From: Octopus vulgaris
Lineage: Eukaryota
NCBI GenBank assembly: GCA_951406725.2
Contig: OX597815.1
Span: 186,868,001-186,932,000 of the forward strand
Length of the DNA stretch: 64,000 bases
Direction of reading: 5' to 3'
Made by a program: the position numbers and the translations under genes. The notes under the pieces were generated by a model, which had not been told where the DNA came from, did no database searches, and saw nothing but the letters and a program-made list of their open reading frames with translations. Below are positions 13,453 through 27,664 of the stretch, piece after piece. The first letter of the stretch is position 1, and the number at the start of each line of letters is the position of its first letter.

Positions 13453-14044
13453 ACTGATTAGGAAACGCTACGAACTGACTACTCACAGTGTTTATATTTT
13501 TGTGTCTACAGCGATAAAATTTTCTTACAAGTTTGAATATACCTCAAGCATATTTGATCTGATAACAATTTCGCATTATATTTTAATATCAACTTCGAGG
13601 CATTAAAACATTGCAATATTAGACTAATTGAAAAATTGCTTCGGCAAACAATTAGCAAAGTTTATTAAATTACGTTCTAAAACCCATAAAATATGAATAC
13701 ATTGCCAACGCACGCGCGTGCGTGCGTGTGTGTGTATGCCGTTAGTAAAAGAACAAAACCCCAATATCGTCACTATCAAATGGGAAGTAGGAAAATCTTA
13801 GAAATTACCAAACCATACTCACTGGATGGTCATAGTAAATGTTTACCTTGGAGAAGATGGAATTACTTTAGCCATACAAAGGCTGCTCTGAGCTCACTTA
13901 ATCCCCATTTCCACATACAACAATAACATTTTCAAAATATAAAATCCATTAAAAGCCATGTCCCTATATACAGATTAAGAGGCAGTCAAAAATTCATCTC
14001 TTTCTCTAAAAACGTTTCTACCGCAATTATTTTACCACCCATTA

Positions 14045-14625
14045 CTGGTTTAAAATTTTGTCACAGGAGAGGGGCTAAGTCGATTACATTGACCCCAGTG
14101 CTCTTCTGGTACTTGTTTTATCGACCACGAAAGGATGGAAGGCAAAGTCGACCTTGGTGAAATTTGAACTCAGAGAGTAACGACGAACGAAATGACGCTA
14201 AGCATTTTACCCGGTGTGCTAACGATTCTTTTCCACTCTGGGCACAAGGCCCCACATTTTGGGGGAGGGGACCAGTCGATTAGATCGACCACAGTACGCA
14301 ACTGGTACTTAATTTATCGATCCATAAAGGATCAAAGGCAAAGTCGACCTCGACGGAATTTGAACTCAGAACGTAGTGGCTGACGAAATACCTATTTCTT
14401 TACAACCCACAAGGGGCTAAACACAGAGAGGATAAACAAGGACAGACAAACGGATTAACTCGATTATATCGACCCCAGTGTGTAACTGGTACTTAATTTA
14501 TAGACCCCGAAAGGATGAAAGGCAAAGTCGACCTCGGCGGAATTTGAACTCAGAACGTAACGGCAGACGAAATATGGCTACGCATTTCGCCCGGTGTGCT
14601 AACGATTCTGCCAGATCGCTGCCTT
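14045..14625 (-). mobile_element. SINE family A multimer
   Basis: Three reverse-complement units, followed head-to-head by a + strand copy at ~14653-14870. Confidence 0.8.
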
Positions 14626-14967
14626 ACTACCACTCAGCATTACGTTTCAATCAAGGTGGTGAGCTGTTAGAATCGATAACACGCCGGGCAAAACGTTTTG
14701 AGTCGTTTCGTCCGTCCTTTCATCCTGAGTTCAAATACCACCGAGGTCAATTTTACTTTTCATCCTTTCGGCGTCAATAAAATAAATACCAGTCGAGCAC
14801 AGTGACCGATGTAATCGACTTTCCCATCCCGCAAAACTGCTGGCCTTGTGCCGAAATTTGAAACCAATTTTACATTTCCATGTTGATTTTCACTTTCTTT
14901 ATTCGAACTTCCATTTTCATCTTATGAAACATTACTTCTTATTACTCTTTTGCACCTGTCTTATTTT

Positions 14968-15207
14968 ACTCCAGTTTGCTGGACATTGTTGTAGAGCTGA
15001 AAACGAGGCAATTTTTACTCTTCTCCTCTGGAAGCCATCTACTCGCAATACCAGAGGACGCACACTCTCCTACCCTGATGTAATCTCCAGGGATACAGGC
15101 ATCCAGCAACAGGACCTCCGTAATGCCATGATGGACTGTGAAGTCTGGCGTAGCATGGTAAATTCCATTGTCTCGACCACGGTCGAACAATGATGATGAT
15201 GATGATT
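14968..15207 (+). mobile_element. RTE-group LINE 3' end
   Basis: LQFAGHCCRAENE...LLLWKP...RGRTLSYPDVISRDTG...AMMDCEVWR then stop, with a (GAT)n tail. Confidence 0.75.
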
Positions 15208-16218
15208 TTACTCTATTTAACTCACTATTTACTTCTCATAACATTATTTTATCATCATATTACTACATTATATTATTACACCATTATATTATCATAGGCT
15301 GCTTTATCATCATATATAATTTATTTCATCGTTATATGTTTATATTTTTATGTTATATTACGTTTATATTATTACGTTATAGTATTTTATATTATATTAT
15401 TTTCGCTGTTCCAAAAGCCATAACTTAACGACACTTCAGCCAATCGAATTGCATAATTTTCTCTCTACTTTATGTCCATGATTCATCTAACGTCTCAACC
15501 AATCACACCACTTAATTCGCTTTCTGGTTTGTGGATCATGACTCATCACACGTCTCAACTAATCGCACTATGAGCCGATAAGACAGTCTCGACCTGCTCG
15601 CTTGATCTGTTAGAAATAACAGCCAAATCTCTTTCAAAACGCAACCCACCGATGCAGAAAAGAATGAACAATATAGACAATAGAATTCCAGATATGCAAA
15701 AAGAGACAGCAGTTACGGTTTAAATGCCTTTGATCATAGATCCTTTCGATCAGTACAGCAACCAATCATAGCGCATAATTCATTCGCTGCTTTATAGTCT
15801 CAACCAATCACAACTTATTATATATCACTACGCCAATAGCCCTTCTTGGTTTTTATATTACTCTTTTGTGGTTTCTATTTTAATAACTTTTATTCGGTTT
15901 GTTTATTTCATATTTATATTTTATTTTTACCAGTTTTTATTCTAACAATAGCTACAACTCGCCGGAGTTATCTTCAGTCGCCTGATGAACGGAAACGAGA
16001 GACACCAAATGGCAACTCACAAGATTTCAGTCGAATAAATCTTGATTCAAACTACTTCATACTCAGTACTTCTCTCGTTAAATAGCACACCCATTTCTGT
16101 AGCATTTGGTACATTATACTGCTCGTTGAATAGAATTGTGGGCAAGCTGCCTCTATAGCAAGCTAGCTAAACCAGGAAAATATACACGATTAACGTTTCG
16201 ACGATAAACACATCTAAC

Positions 16219-16451
16219 AAGGCGGCGAGCTGGCAGAACCGTTAGCACGCCGGGTGAAATGCGTAGCCGTATTTCGTCTGCCGTTACGTTCTGAGTTCAA
16301 ATTCCTACGAGGTCGACTTTGCCTTTCATCCTTTCGGGGTCGATAAATTAAGTACCAGTTACGCACTGGGGTCGATGTAATCGACTTAATCCGTTTGTCT
16401 GTTCTTGTTTGTCCCCTCTATGTTTAGCCCCTTGTGGGTAATAAAGAAACA
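16219..16451 (+). mobile_element. SINE family A monomer with TSD
   Basis: 16-bp perfect direct repeat GATAAACACATCTAAC at 16203-16218 and 16452-16467 defines a ~233-bp monomer. Confidence 0.9.
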
Positions 16452-16996
16452 GATAAACACATCTAACCTCAGCAGAATGCGCCCTTTGTTTAACAACACA
16501 GCGAGTGATACAGTAAAAATTTGAAACGGGAACTTCAATCATAATGAATCTTGCATTGGTCGATTACACAACCGTGGATGTCTCCTCTATGGATGCTTTT
16601 CAGGAACTCTCTTGTGATACCTTGGTGATCCTGACCGTTTATCTTCTAGGATTCCTCTGTTCATCATCAATTTAAGAAGCACCGTTAACACAGTTGAGCT
16701 CTTCCGCTGCCTCTTCATAATCTGCTGCGCTTCAGTTCCATGACTTCACCGTATCCCTGGCAGAGTGGCTGAACGGCTACTATGCCTTGTCAAAGAGCAG
16801 CCCTTAACTATGAAAGGCACAGTCGTCCTTCTGTGAGGTGTTTTCAAAATGCCAACATACCCAACGGGTATTTTGACATAACATTATACAGGTTTGATTT
16901 TATATTATTATCTTATATCATTGTATGATATTCATACATTATGATTACACTATTTCATAAAATTGAGAATAATTACATCTAAAAGAAATCACTGCA

Positions 16997-17300
16997 GAGG
17001 CCCATGGCCTAGTGGTTAGAGCAGCGAACTTACGGTCGAGGAATCGCGGGTTCGAATCTCAGACCGGGCGATGTGTGTGTTTATGAGCGAAACATCAAAG
17101 CTCCAAGCGGCTCCAGCAGAAGGTAATGGCGAACTTCTGCTGATTCTTTCGCCACAACTTGTTCTCACTCTTTCCTCCTGCATCTAACAGCTCACCTGCG
17201 ATGGACCGACGTCCCGTCCAAGTGGGGAACCTGTACGACATTGAAACTGGGAAACCGGCCCTTATGAGCCAGGCATGGCTCGAGAAGGAACAAACAAAAG
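16997..17300 (+). mobile_element. tRNA-derived SINE family C with V-domain-like tail
   Basis: TGGCCTAGTGG / GGGTTCGAATC boxes. Tail CCTGCGATGGACCGACGTCCCGTCCA. Confidence 0.8.
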
Positions 17301-17309
17301 AAGGTACTT

Positions 17310-17960
17310 CCCCTTCGTTTTTTCTCGAAGAATGAAGGTGGTCATGGGAAGCTCATGTTACCAGATGATACCTAATGCTCATTGGGATTTTTGACCATAA
17401 ATCGTAAAACCCTCCACTGCCGACCCATTGGAAGTGGTGATCAAATCCTTACCCATCTCCTCCTCCTGGCTTCCTGCTTAGCGCTTTCACTTTCTTGCTC
17501 ATAACAGGCGATAGATTTTTTCTGCTGCCTCCTTAATCCTGCGAGTGCTGTCTTTTTCTGTTTTCCCATCATTCGAGTCACTGTAAGCATTCTGCATAAC
17601 AGTTCAGCCAACTTTCACCAGAAACAACTATGCCTGCCAACCTTCTCCTTCCAATCTTTTAAAAGATTCTGGAATTTAACGCGCTTTCATTGAAAGACTT
17701 CATCAAACATTTTCCACGAGACTGTATATTCTGCCAAGACGATCTTCATTGTTCCAGATCACAGAACTCCACTCGTTCTCAGGTCAGCTTGTTGGTCTAA
17801 GGTAACTAAAGCATTCCTCATAAATTTACTTTCATACCCCATAATTATTCTCCTGGCAGCGGTTGACGGTTTTTCTCTCTACCTTGATCGCTAGAGTCGG
17901 TTTCTACTGAGTTCAGGATTCCATGCGCTTCTCATGCAATAATGAGTTAACGAGTGCCAT
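17310..17960 (-). pseudogene. HERO-like non-LTR retrotransposon 3' remnant (restriction-like endonuclease)
   Basis: KIVLAEYTVSW...KRVKFQNLLKD...RIKEAAEK resembles ELTVPWE...AAEK of HERO-clade RLE domains. Confidence 0.55.
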
Positions 17961-18872
17961 GTTTGATTGATAAGTTAAACAATTAGAGAAATAGTTTATA
18001 TTCAGAGATTCTTCTTATAAGGGAGTTTGTTGGTTGGCTACATATCTTACGGTACCATATCATCATTATATTATTATGTCAATATATTTATATAATACAT
18101 TATCCTTGCTCCCGGTTTTATGTGAGCAGTAACTTACCACACATCTCGTCCAATATATAATTCACTCTCCGTTTTATAGTCATGATTCACTTCACATCTC
18201 AGCCAATCCTATCATATTTTATTAGCGACGGACATGACTTATCGCACTGCTTTATAAGCTTTCTTAACCAATCAACCTACAAGATTCTTTCTGTTTTATT
18301 GGCCATGATTCATCACACATCTCAACCAATCATACAGTTCATTCTCTGTTTTATCGGCAGTAACTTACAACACTACTCAACCGACCAAACCACATTATTT
18401 AAACTCTGTTTTCTGGACAATAACGCTCAACTCATCTCACTCAATTAAGCCACATAATTCGTATTTCGTTCGTAATGATTCACCGTACGTCTCAATCAAT
18501 CAAAACTTACTTGGAAGTTCCGTAACCTTAACCATTCCTTTATTCTCTCCTATAAAAACCATCACTTCAATACACAAATTTTCATGTTTGTATCGGTTTT
18601 TTGTGGCTTCTAAATTTTATAGCATTTGTCCGGGTTTCTTTTTTTTTTTTTTTAATTCTTTTATTCATCTTCTTTTTAATGAGAGTCTCGAACATTCAAC
18701 CAGTAATTACAAACCCACAAAAAAATAATCAACACCAGTCCGACATGCGCAATTGGACAACTTCGAGGAGCGAACACTAAGATTTCATCTTATCACAGTC
18801 TACTGCAATTTATTGACTACTTTTTACTTAAATTACATACGCATTCCTATAGTTTTGTTTTATTTGTTATAT

Positions 18873-19230
18873 ACAGGGTGGTCCAAAAGTCACTGAGGGG
18901 TTTTGATTTTTAATAACTCCCTTATTTTTACAAATAGGTGTATGAAATTTTAATTCAATATAGAGGAGATAATGGAGATTAATTGTCATTAGTCCTTTTT
19001 TATTATACCTCTTCATTATGCATGAAAAATTATATCTCTTAAATGGCATCCATTTTCAGCTTCACACATCCGTGTCCTTTCTAAAACCTTCTCCTTGAGG
19101 TATCATCACGAGTCAAGGCTGGTCAAGTCAGTTGACATTGCAGTAGTGAGAAATGTATTTTTTCTCCAAAATATTGCCTCAGCAACTGTATTGTCTCCCT
19201 TGCGGTATGAGCAGTTACCTCATCTTGCTG
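18873..19230 (-). mobile_element. Tc1/mariner remnant
   Basis: TA-CAGGGTGGTCCAAAAGTCAC terminus. Degenerate DLTxLD..YL...KV-like coding on the minus strand. Confidence 0.45.
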
Positions 19231-19239
19231 GAACACAGA

Positions 19240-19786
19240 AGGGACAAAATACTAAGTAGAGCTTTTCTTTTGGGGAAGAAGAGAAAGAAAAAAAACACAA
19301 GAGAAAGGTTCGAATTCCGATCAAAAGGAATCGTGAAAAAAAAAGTGGGGGTCGATCAATAGGGATCGTGTATCACAGAAATGTCAATGTATAAAGGGAA
19401 AACAGATTAAGTTTGTCCGTGGATAGAAAAGCCCACGAAAAAGACCACGGGAACCTTGGGCAATAGTGTCATGCAAAAAGAAAACACATGACAATAAGTG
19501 ACTCTCTTGTTTCCTTTCTTTTTTTTTTTTTGCTTCATAGGATTATGCTCAAGCTGGCTCTGTCATTCACACGTGCCATCCTTGCTACATTCATCCATCT
19601 TTTTTTGAAACATTCACTAGACAAAATTTCCCTCTCTACTCTCACCTTCCTCTTCAAGTGATACTTAAAGAAGTCGATGAGAAATTGACCAGAGAGGAAA
19701 GTGTTTGTCTCAAGACCTTTCAAGTGCGTCCACCATACACATTCTTTCGCCATAGTCACAAGTACGATGAAAATGGCATAGATAGA

Positions 19787-19790
<4 letters not shown>
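19240..19790 (-). mobile_element. Tx1/L1-like LINE 3' end
   Basis: [17 protein letters not shown]...CFKKRW then stop, followed by a UTR. Abuts a (GATA/GACA)n tract. Confidence 0.55.
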
Positions 19791-20325
<535 letters not shown>

Positions 20326-20627
20326 ACTGCATTTATTGAAACCTGATTGTGTGAATCGGTACTTAGAGTTTCTCATACTTTATCCTTAGGCGACTGAATT
20401 TGTGAAATTGCAAGCGTCTTTATATAAACATATCGATTATTGAAATTCGATCTGATGATACTGAAAACAGCTTAGGTAGTGCTAAATGGTTGCATGCGTG
20501 GGCGAGTGAATGTGGAGGCGAACATAAAAGAAGACGAGGCGGTGATAATAAGACAAACAAAGAAGGAAAGAAAGGAGCTAGAACAAAAAGGAAAGGACAT
20601 AGCGGGGGGGGGGGGGGGGAGAACACG

Positions 20628-21003
20628 AGAAGAAGAAGAAGAAGAAGAAGAAGAAGAAGAAGAAGAAGAAGAAGAACGGAATGAAGAAGAAGTAAAACGG
20701 AATGATGATGAAAAAGAAGAAGAAGAAGAAGAAATAAAACGGAATGAAGAAGAAGAAGAAGAAGAAAAACGGAATAAAGAAGAAGAAAAAGAAGAAAAAC
20801 GGAATAAAGAAGAAGAAGAAAAAGAAGAAAAAGAAGAAAAACGGAATAAAGAAGAAAAAGAAAAAGAAGAAGAAGAAGAAGTAAAAAGGAATAAAGAAGA
20901 AGAAAAACGGAATAAAGAAGAAGAAGAAGAAGAAGAAGTAAAAAGGAATGAAGAAGAAGAAGAAGAAAGGAAGAAGAAGAAGAAGAAAAACGGAATAAAG
21001 AAG

Positions 21004-21036
<33 letters not shown>

Positions 21037-21142
21037 AAAGGAATAAAGAAGAAGAAAAACGGAATAAAGAAGAAGAAGAAGAAGAAGAAGAAGTAAAAAG
21101 GAATGAAGAAGAAGAAGAAGAAGAAGAAGAAGAAGAAGAAGA
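20628..21142. repeat. (GAA)n-based compound repeat
   Basis: GAA runs punctuated by AAA(C/A)GGAAT. Confidence 0.9.
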
Positions 21143-21467
21143 GGGGGGCTAGGGACGAAAGAAAAGTAGAAAATGTAAAAAAGTGACGAGGGTAGATCTA
21201 AAGGATCGTCGATGTCTTTGAACTGACAAGAGAAAACCAGAAGTAGTTTAGTGAAGTGTGAAGATTTGGGGGTTTTTTATGATTTGTTTACTCGGCTCTT
21301 TTTGAAGATGGCGTGTGTCTTACGTTTTGATTAATTCCTTATTTTAAAAACAAGTAGGAGGACACCTGAAGTTGGATTTACTTTTGGTTTTTATCTAATT
21401 TTTATTTCTATGCTCAAAATGTTTGCTTCGTGGCATACGCACACATACATACATAAATACATACATA

Positions 21468-21843
21468 GGCGCAGGAGTGGCTGTGTGGTAAATAGCTTGC
21501 TAACCAAACACATGGTTGCTGGTTCAGTCCCACTGCGTGGCATCTTGGGCAAGTGTCTTCTGCTATAGCCCCGGGCCGACCAATGCCTTGTGAGTGGATT
21601 TGGTAGACGGAAACAGAAAGAAGCCTGTCGTATATATGTATATATATATATATATATATGTGTGCGTGTGTGTGTTTGTGTGTGTGTGTTCGTCCCCCTA
21701 GCATTGCTTGACAACCGATGCTGGTGTGTTTACGTCCCCGTCACTTAGCGGTTTGGCAAAAGAGACCAATAGAATAAGTACTGGGCTTACAAAGAATAAG
21801 TCCCGGGGTCGATTTGACTGAAACAAGTAAAAGAGTAAAGAGT
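21468..21843 (+). mobile_element. SINE family B (GGCGCAGGAGTGGCTGTGTGG head, internal TA/TG microsatellite, GAGTAAAA tail)
   Basis: Near-identical to 41952-42360 and 52980-53390. Confidence 0.85.
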
Positions 21844-23104
21844 ATACATGCATGCATACATACTCGAAGCGACAAGTCGCCTATTTGGCGTGGGAGACTG
21901 TTTATCGAAAATACGATGAATAATATCTCCAACTTTGGAGCCACAACTACTAGCCATGTTAAATAATTGGTTAATCTTCAGATTAATTAACTGGAGGGGG
22001 CCTTTTGTTCACGATCGTAGTGATTTTCGACTGAAACTTGAATTTAGCAAGCAGAGAGTTACTACAAACAACATGGCTGGACACAACATCAACAACAACA
22101 CAATCGAGGAACAGAACGAAAACAACAGCTCAACAGGCATACATATGAGGAGACTGAGCAATTCCAGGTTTAAAGGATATCGCGAAAGGCCTGGTGGAGA
22201 CCTAACCATCCGAGTTCTTTAACAGAGCTTAGAAAAACTGAAGGACCACAGCAGTAAGTGAGTGAATCTGGATCGTCTCGCATTTTCTTTTATCCAAAGC
22301 CAGGAACTTTTCAGTACATACATACATACATACATACATACATTCATACATACATACATACTTACGTACGTAAGTACATATATACATACAAACAAACAGA
22401 CAGACATATATACATAGATACATACATAAATACACGCCAGTGCAATTTGATTCATTCCCAGTCGAAAAACACCTGTTGTTATATTCTTGTTGTTTGTATT
22501 TGTCATTGTGTACCATATTCCCCGTTTTTTTTTTTTTTGTCTTTGTTGCTGTGCACATTCGGTAGCTTTCATACAAAAAAATCTAATGCTCTTAGCTTAG
22601 ACTATGCAATCTGCAAGTTCATGTGGTAGTGGTGACTGTTATGTTTTACAATTTATAGCTGCCAGTTGCCCAGTGCTCTAACCATTGAGCCATGGGTCTT
22701 CACATACATTTAGTTTAGGGATCATTTTAATTCTTTCCAACCACCGTAATTTTCTCAAATAACCATCAGAATTTTCTACACGGATGTAATTTTTGCATGT
22801 TGATGAAACTCACATTCATCTTCTCGAGAAATTAATAGCAGAAAAGTTTCCTGCTACATAATTCCACAGAATGTGAAGGATGTTTCCAAGGAAACTGGCA
22901 ATTACGACTTCTGGCATGTGGCCAATAGACGTTTTCGATTGGCTACAATTACATAATTTTAGAGGCTTGGAACATATTGATTATTAAATTCGAGAGAAAA
23001 TTAAAGTAATTTTTGTCATCGGCGTGTAAAGCTACATCATTGTACAGACTTTGAAAAGATTCTGGCGGTTATTTCAGAAAATTCCGATGTTTGGAAATAA
23101 CTTC

Positions 23105-23224
23105 AAAAGTTCCGGGTTCATTCCCACTTCGTAGCACCTTGGACAAGCGTCTTTTACTATAGCCTCGGACCGACCAAAGCCTTGTGAGTGGATTTGGTAG
23201 ACGGAAACTGAAAGAAGCCCGTCA

Positions 23225-23265
<41 letters not shown>

Positions 23266-23470
23266 TTGTGTCTGTGTTTGTCCCCCAACATCGCTTCACA
23301 ACCGAAGGTCGTGTGTTTACGTCCCCGTAACTTAGCGGTTCGGCAAAAAAGACCGATAGAATAAGTAGTAGGCTTACAAAGAATGATTCCTGGGGTCGAT
23401 TTGCTCGACTAAAGGCAGTGCTCCAGCATGGCCGCAGTCAAAATGACTGAAACAAGTAAATGAGAGAAAA
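23105..23470 (+). mobile_element. SINE family B, 5'-truncated
   Basis: Same body and internal (TG)n tract. Confidence 0.8.
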
Positions 23471-26400
23471 AATGAGAGAATACTAATACATAATGAAAGA
23501 AAGATTACGCTCTCAGATTTCAGGAGACTGTTAGGAGACCATTACTTACTGGATACTGATTTCCCAGTACAAGCCTTGAATAACTCTAAACATTATTCAC
23601 ATAGAACAATAACGACTCAAGGTGAAAATAATGTTTACCACTACCTTCATATCCCTATCGCCTCAACTAAGAAATAGAGTAGAAAATGTAAATTTGGTGA
23701 CATCAGTTACAGAAATATGTTTTCTCTCATACTGAAAACGTGATGGCTCTCAATATTTCTTGGAACTGCAAAATGTTTAGATTTTTACAGCCTTAAAAAT
23801 CATTCTTTCCGTAATTAACACGTCCTTCTGAGGAGATGGAGCAGTGAGCAGTGTTTTGCAAACGAATTGAGCGAAACCTATTTGCAGCAAATGGATTTTC
23901 TGTGTGTTTTCTTCACTCATTGAAGAATTCGAAAAAGGAAGCAAATGGAAAAGTGTTGACAACTTGATCTCTTCACACGCCGTTCTAATGAATGAAAAGA
24001 CAATTGCTTCGTGCGCATTAAAGAGTATAGTGTTTAGGGCCAAAGCATTTCAATGTATAGGAATATATGACGCAAATTCTATATTTGAGTAAATTTTAGT
24101 ACAACGCATTTACATTTACATTATTTGCAAAAATTGATAAACTGCTAAAAAGGCTGGTCTTAGTTTCATTTGACAAGTGAGTGACAGACAAATTAAACAT
24201 ATGAAACTTTATAGATGAACTATTTCATTGGAAAACCACTTAAGGTCAAACGTTTTTATAGATTTCTTAATTTAAGAAAGCTTAAGAAAATTAGAGATGG
24301 AGTACATTGGTTTCCTAAGCCATCAGAAATAAACCAAATTATTTGGAATAAATCTAAAACCTTCGAATGTCATTCGGATATTAATACTTCTGATATGCAA
24401 GAATTTATTATAATATAAACGAAAAAGGGAGAAGATTCATAAATATAAGGAAATAACTTAATTTCAGAATCTATCATTTTACTTCAAAGAAAACCCTGCG
24501 AGGACTTTCACTATTTTCTGATGAATTAGCAGCGACTATTATTAATAATTCGAGATTCAGAGAAATATAGATAGGTGCATTAATACGAAAAGTAGTAAGA
24601 CTGAGGAAAAAATTCCGGTAATCATATTAGTTTAATTTAATCTTATCATTTACATGTATATAACTTTGTCCGTACATGCCCTGAATATATATATATACGC
24701 TAACAGCCAAAGAATTTACTCCACCCAAGATTCTTCCCAGTTGCTACTAACAGGAAAACTACACATTATATTCTTCTCTGGCACAAATATTTCAGGCTCA
24801 ATATCCTATTTCTTTACTACCAATGTTACACTCTACACCTCACCTTTGTCTCAAAAGTGAATTTTTCCTCTGTTATCTCGACCGCTCCTTCAAACCCTGT
24901 AGTCATAATGAGCTATTTGACTTCCTTTCTTGGAGTCATCATCATTTTCGGTGCTTTCAATGCACACAGCTCTCCCTGAGTTCTTTCTCATCGTTCTACA
25001 ATTGTCTGCATTAGATAATACCCACACCTATCTCGTATTCTTTACAGATACGCCGACATAGAAATACTGGCACCCATGACCTGAACTTTCCTTACAAACT
25101 TTAACCTTCTAATATTCAAACTGAAACATCAATCGCAATGGTCTCATAATATCCGGAAACTGTCTTGAATGACCCCGGAAGAATGAAAGGTAAAGTAAAG
25201 TCGATCTTGGTAGGATTCGAACTCAGAACATTAAGGAACGTGACTTTCTACCAGCTCGCCGCCTTTAACCCATTTTGTCCCTCTGTCCTCGTTTGAGGAC
25301 AGTTGTATTTGGTTTGTTTACTGAAATAAAGGTTAACTGGACGCAAAATAGTGCTTGTTGTATTTATTTAACCATTGTATTTGGTTTATTTACTGCAATA
25401 AATGTGAACTGGACGCTTCCGTATGTTTGTTATCCCGATTTATATAAATATCTTCAAAATTTCGACAGGGTCAACCTGGGTTAAATAATCCTTTCTACTC
25501 TAGGCACAGGGCCTGAAATTTTACGAAAGGGTTCTAGTTTATTACATCAACCTCAGTGCGTAACCGGTACTTATCTTATCGAAGACGAGAGAATGAAAGG
25601 CTAAGTCGACGACGGCGGCAATTGAACTCAGAACGAAAAGCTCAATAAAATACCATTAAGTATTTTGTCCAACATGGTGACGACTCTGCTATCGTGTCGT
25701 CTTTAAATAATGAATAGTATTGTAGAGTGCAGAGTAAGATAAAAAAATTATTTGCTTCTTCAATGATCATTGCTTATAAAACATTCAGTGGCCATTGTTT
25801 GTTTATCCTGCCAGTCTGTAAACAGATACATATTATTATTATTGGTTTTGCAAGCGTTTTTGAACTTCTAGCACATTTGAGAATCTCTCATCTTACATTT
25901 CCATTCTAAAGTTTCATTATAGTTTGCTCAAAAAACAATATAAATCAATAGTAAAAATGTAGTTACAAACAGTGAAAAATTTCAGATTTTATCACATTGA
26001 AGTGTCATAAATTTGATGGAGATATTTTCTTATTCACAGATATAGTTTGAAGTTTAATTATTTTTCCGCTACAAAAGTGATCAAATATTTTAGGCAATAT
26101 TACAAAATAAATTACTTTTATAATCGAATTATGAGCTTGCTATCAACTTTATTTTCGTATAAGATACGTGACCTTTATATAAAGATTACATATGAGAGTT
26201 TTCCTTCAAATAGCCACCATACGTCGTTGATAGCTTTGTTCAATAAGGTGATATCTGATATTAAATTATCTATGAAGTAACTGCCAGTATTTAACTGTTA
26301 AGTGAATTTTAGTTAATGTGGACACCCATTCGAGACTGAAAATTTCGAAAATCGGTTCGTATGCATTTTTTCTCTTTTCAGCCTCGAACTGGTGTTTTTA

Positions 26401-26692
26401 ATATTTAATACCATCTTACATTGAATTATGTAATTTATGTCATAAATATTATACATGCCGTGTGGGTGTCAATTTAAAATGTACATCTTTGAATTAAAGT
26501 GTATAATTTTGATATAAAATGTACAGCTGTAGAATAAAATATATAACTTTCATAAAAATGTATAATAGTTATGTATGCAGCTATCATGGTAGAGGATTCA
26601 GTTATATGACTGGAAACGAATCATCAATTTTCTCTATGTTTTGTTTGCAATTATGATCTATAAATATATATATATATATATATATATGCTGA

Positions 26693-27126
<434 letters not shown>

Positions 27127-27473
27127 CTTTCTCTCTCTCACTCACACTCCCTTTCCCCCTCTGAAGGAGCTCAACTACTAAAAATAGCAATCAAATCTTT
27201 TTCAAATTGTCCCTGCTCTCTTCAAAATGAGAGCACATTAGATATTGTAGTTCAACCCTAAAGACAGGATGCTTACGACGGCAATGTTCTTAATCATTTG
27301 TTTACTTGATTAGAGCCGAACTAGGCCTCAACAACTCACACACACACCACACACACCCTTTCTCTCTTTCTTATCCCTCTCCCCTCTCTCTCTTTTTCTC
27401 TCCTCCTTATCTCTCTCCCGCTCTCTCTCTCTCTCTCACACACACGCTTCCTTTCCTCCTTATCCCTCTCCTC

Positions 27474-27504
<31 letters not shown>

Positions 27505-27598
27505 GCACACTTTCTCTCCTTATCTCTCTCCCGATCTCACTCTCACTCTCTCAAACACACTTTCTCTCCTCCTTATCCCTCTCCCCTCTCTCTCTTTC

Positions 27599-27641
<43 letters not shown>

Positions 27642-27664
27642 GTTTCTTTCTATCTATCTCACAT

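Noticed and set aside
20450-20480. CTGATGATACTGAAAAC
   Set aside because: No stem II and no flanking stem I.
20479-21036. 185-aa Glu/Lys-rich ORF
   Set aside because: (GAA)n compound repeat. No splice or domain evidence.
24760-25150. Possible LINE AP-endonuclease remnant
   Set aside because: Motifs too degraded to call without a search.
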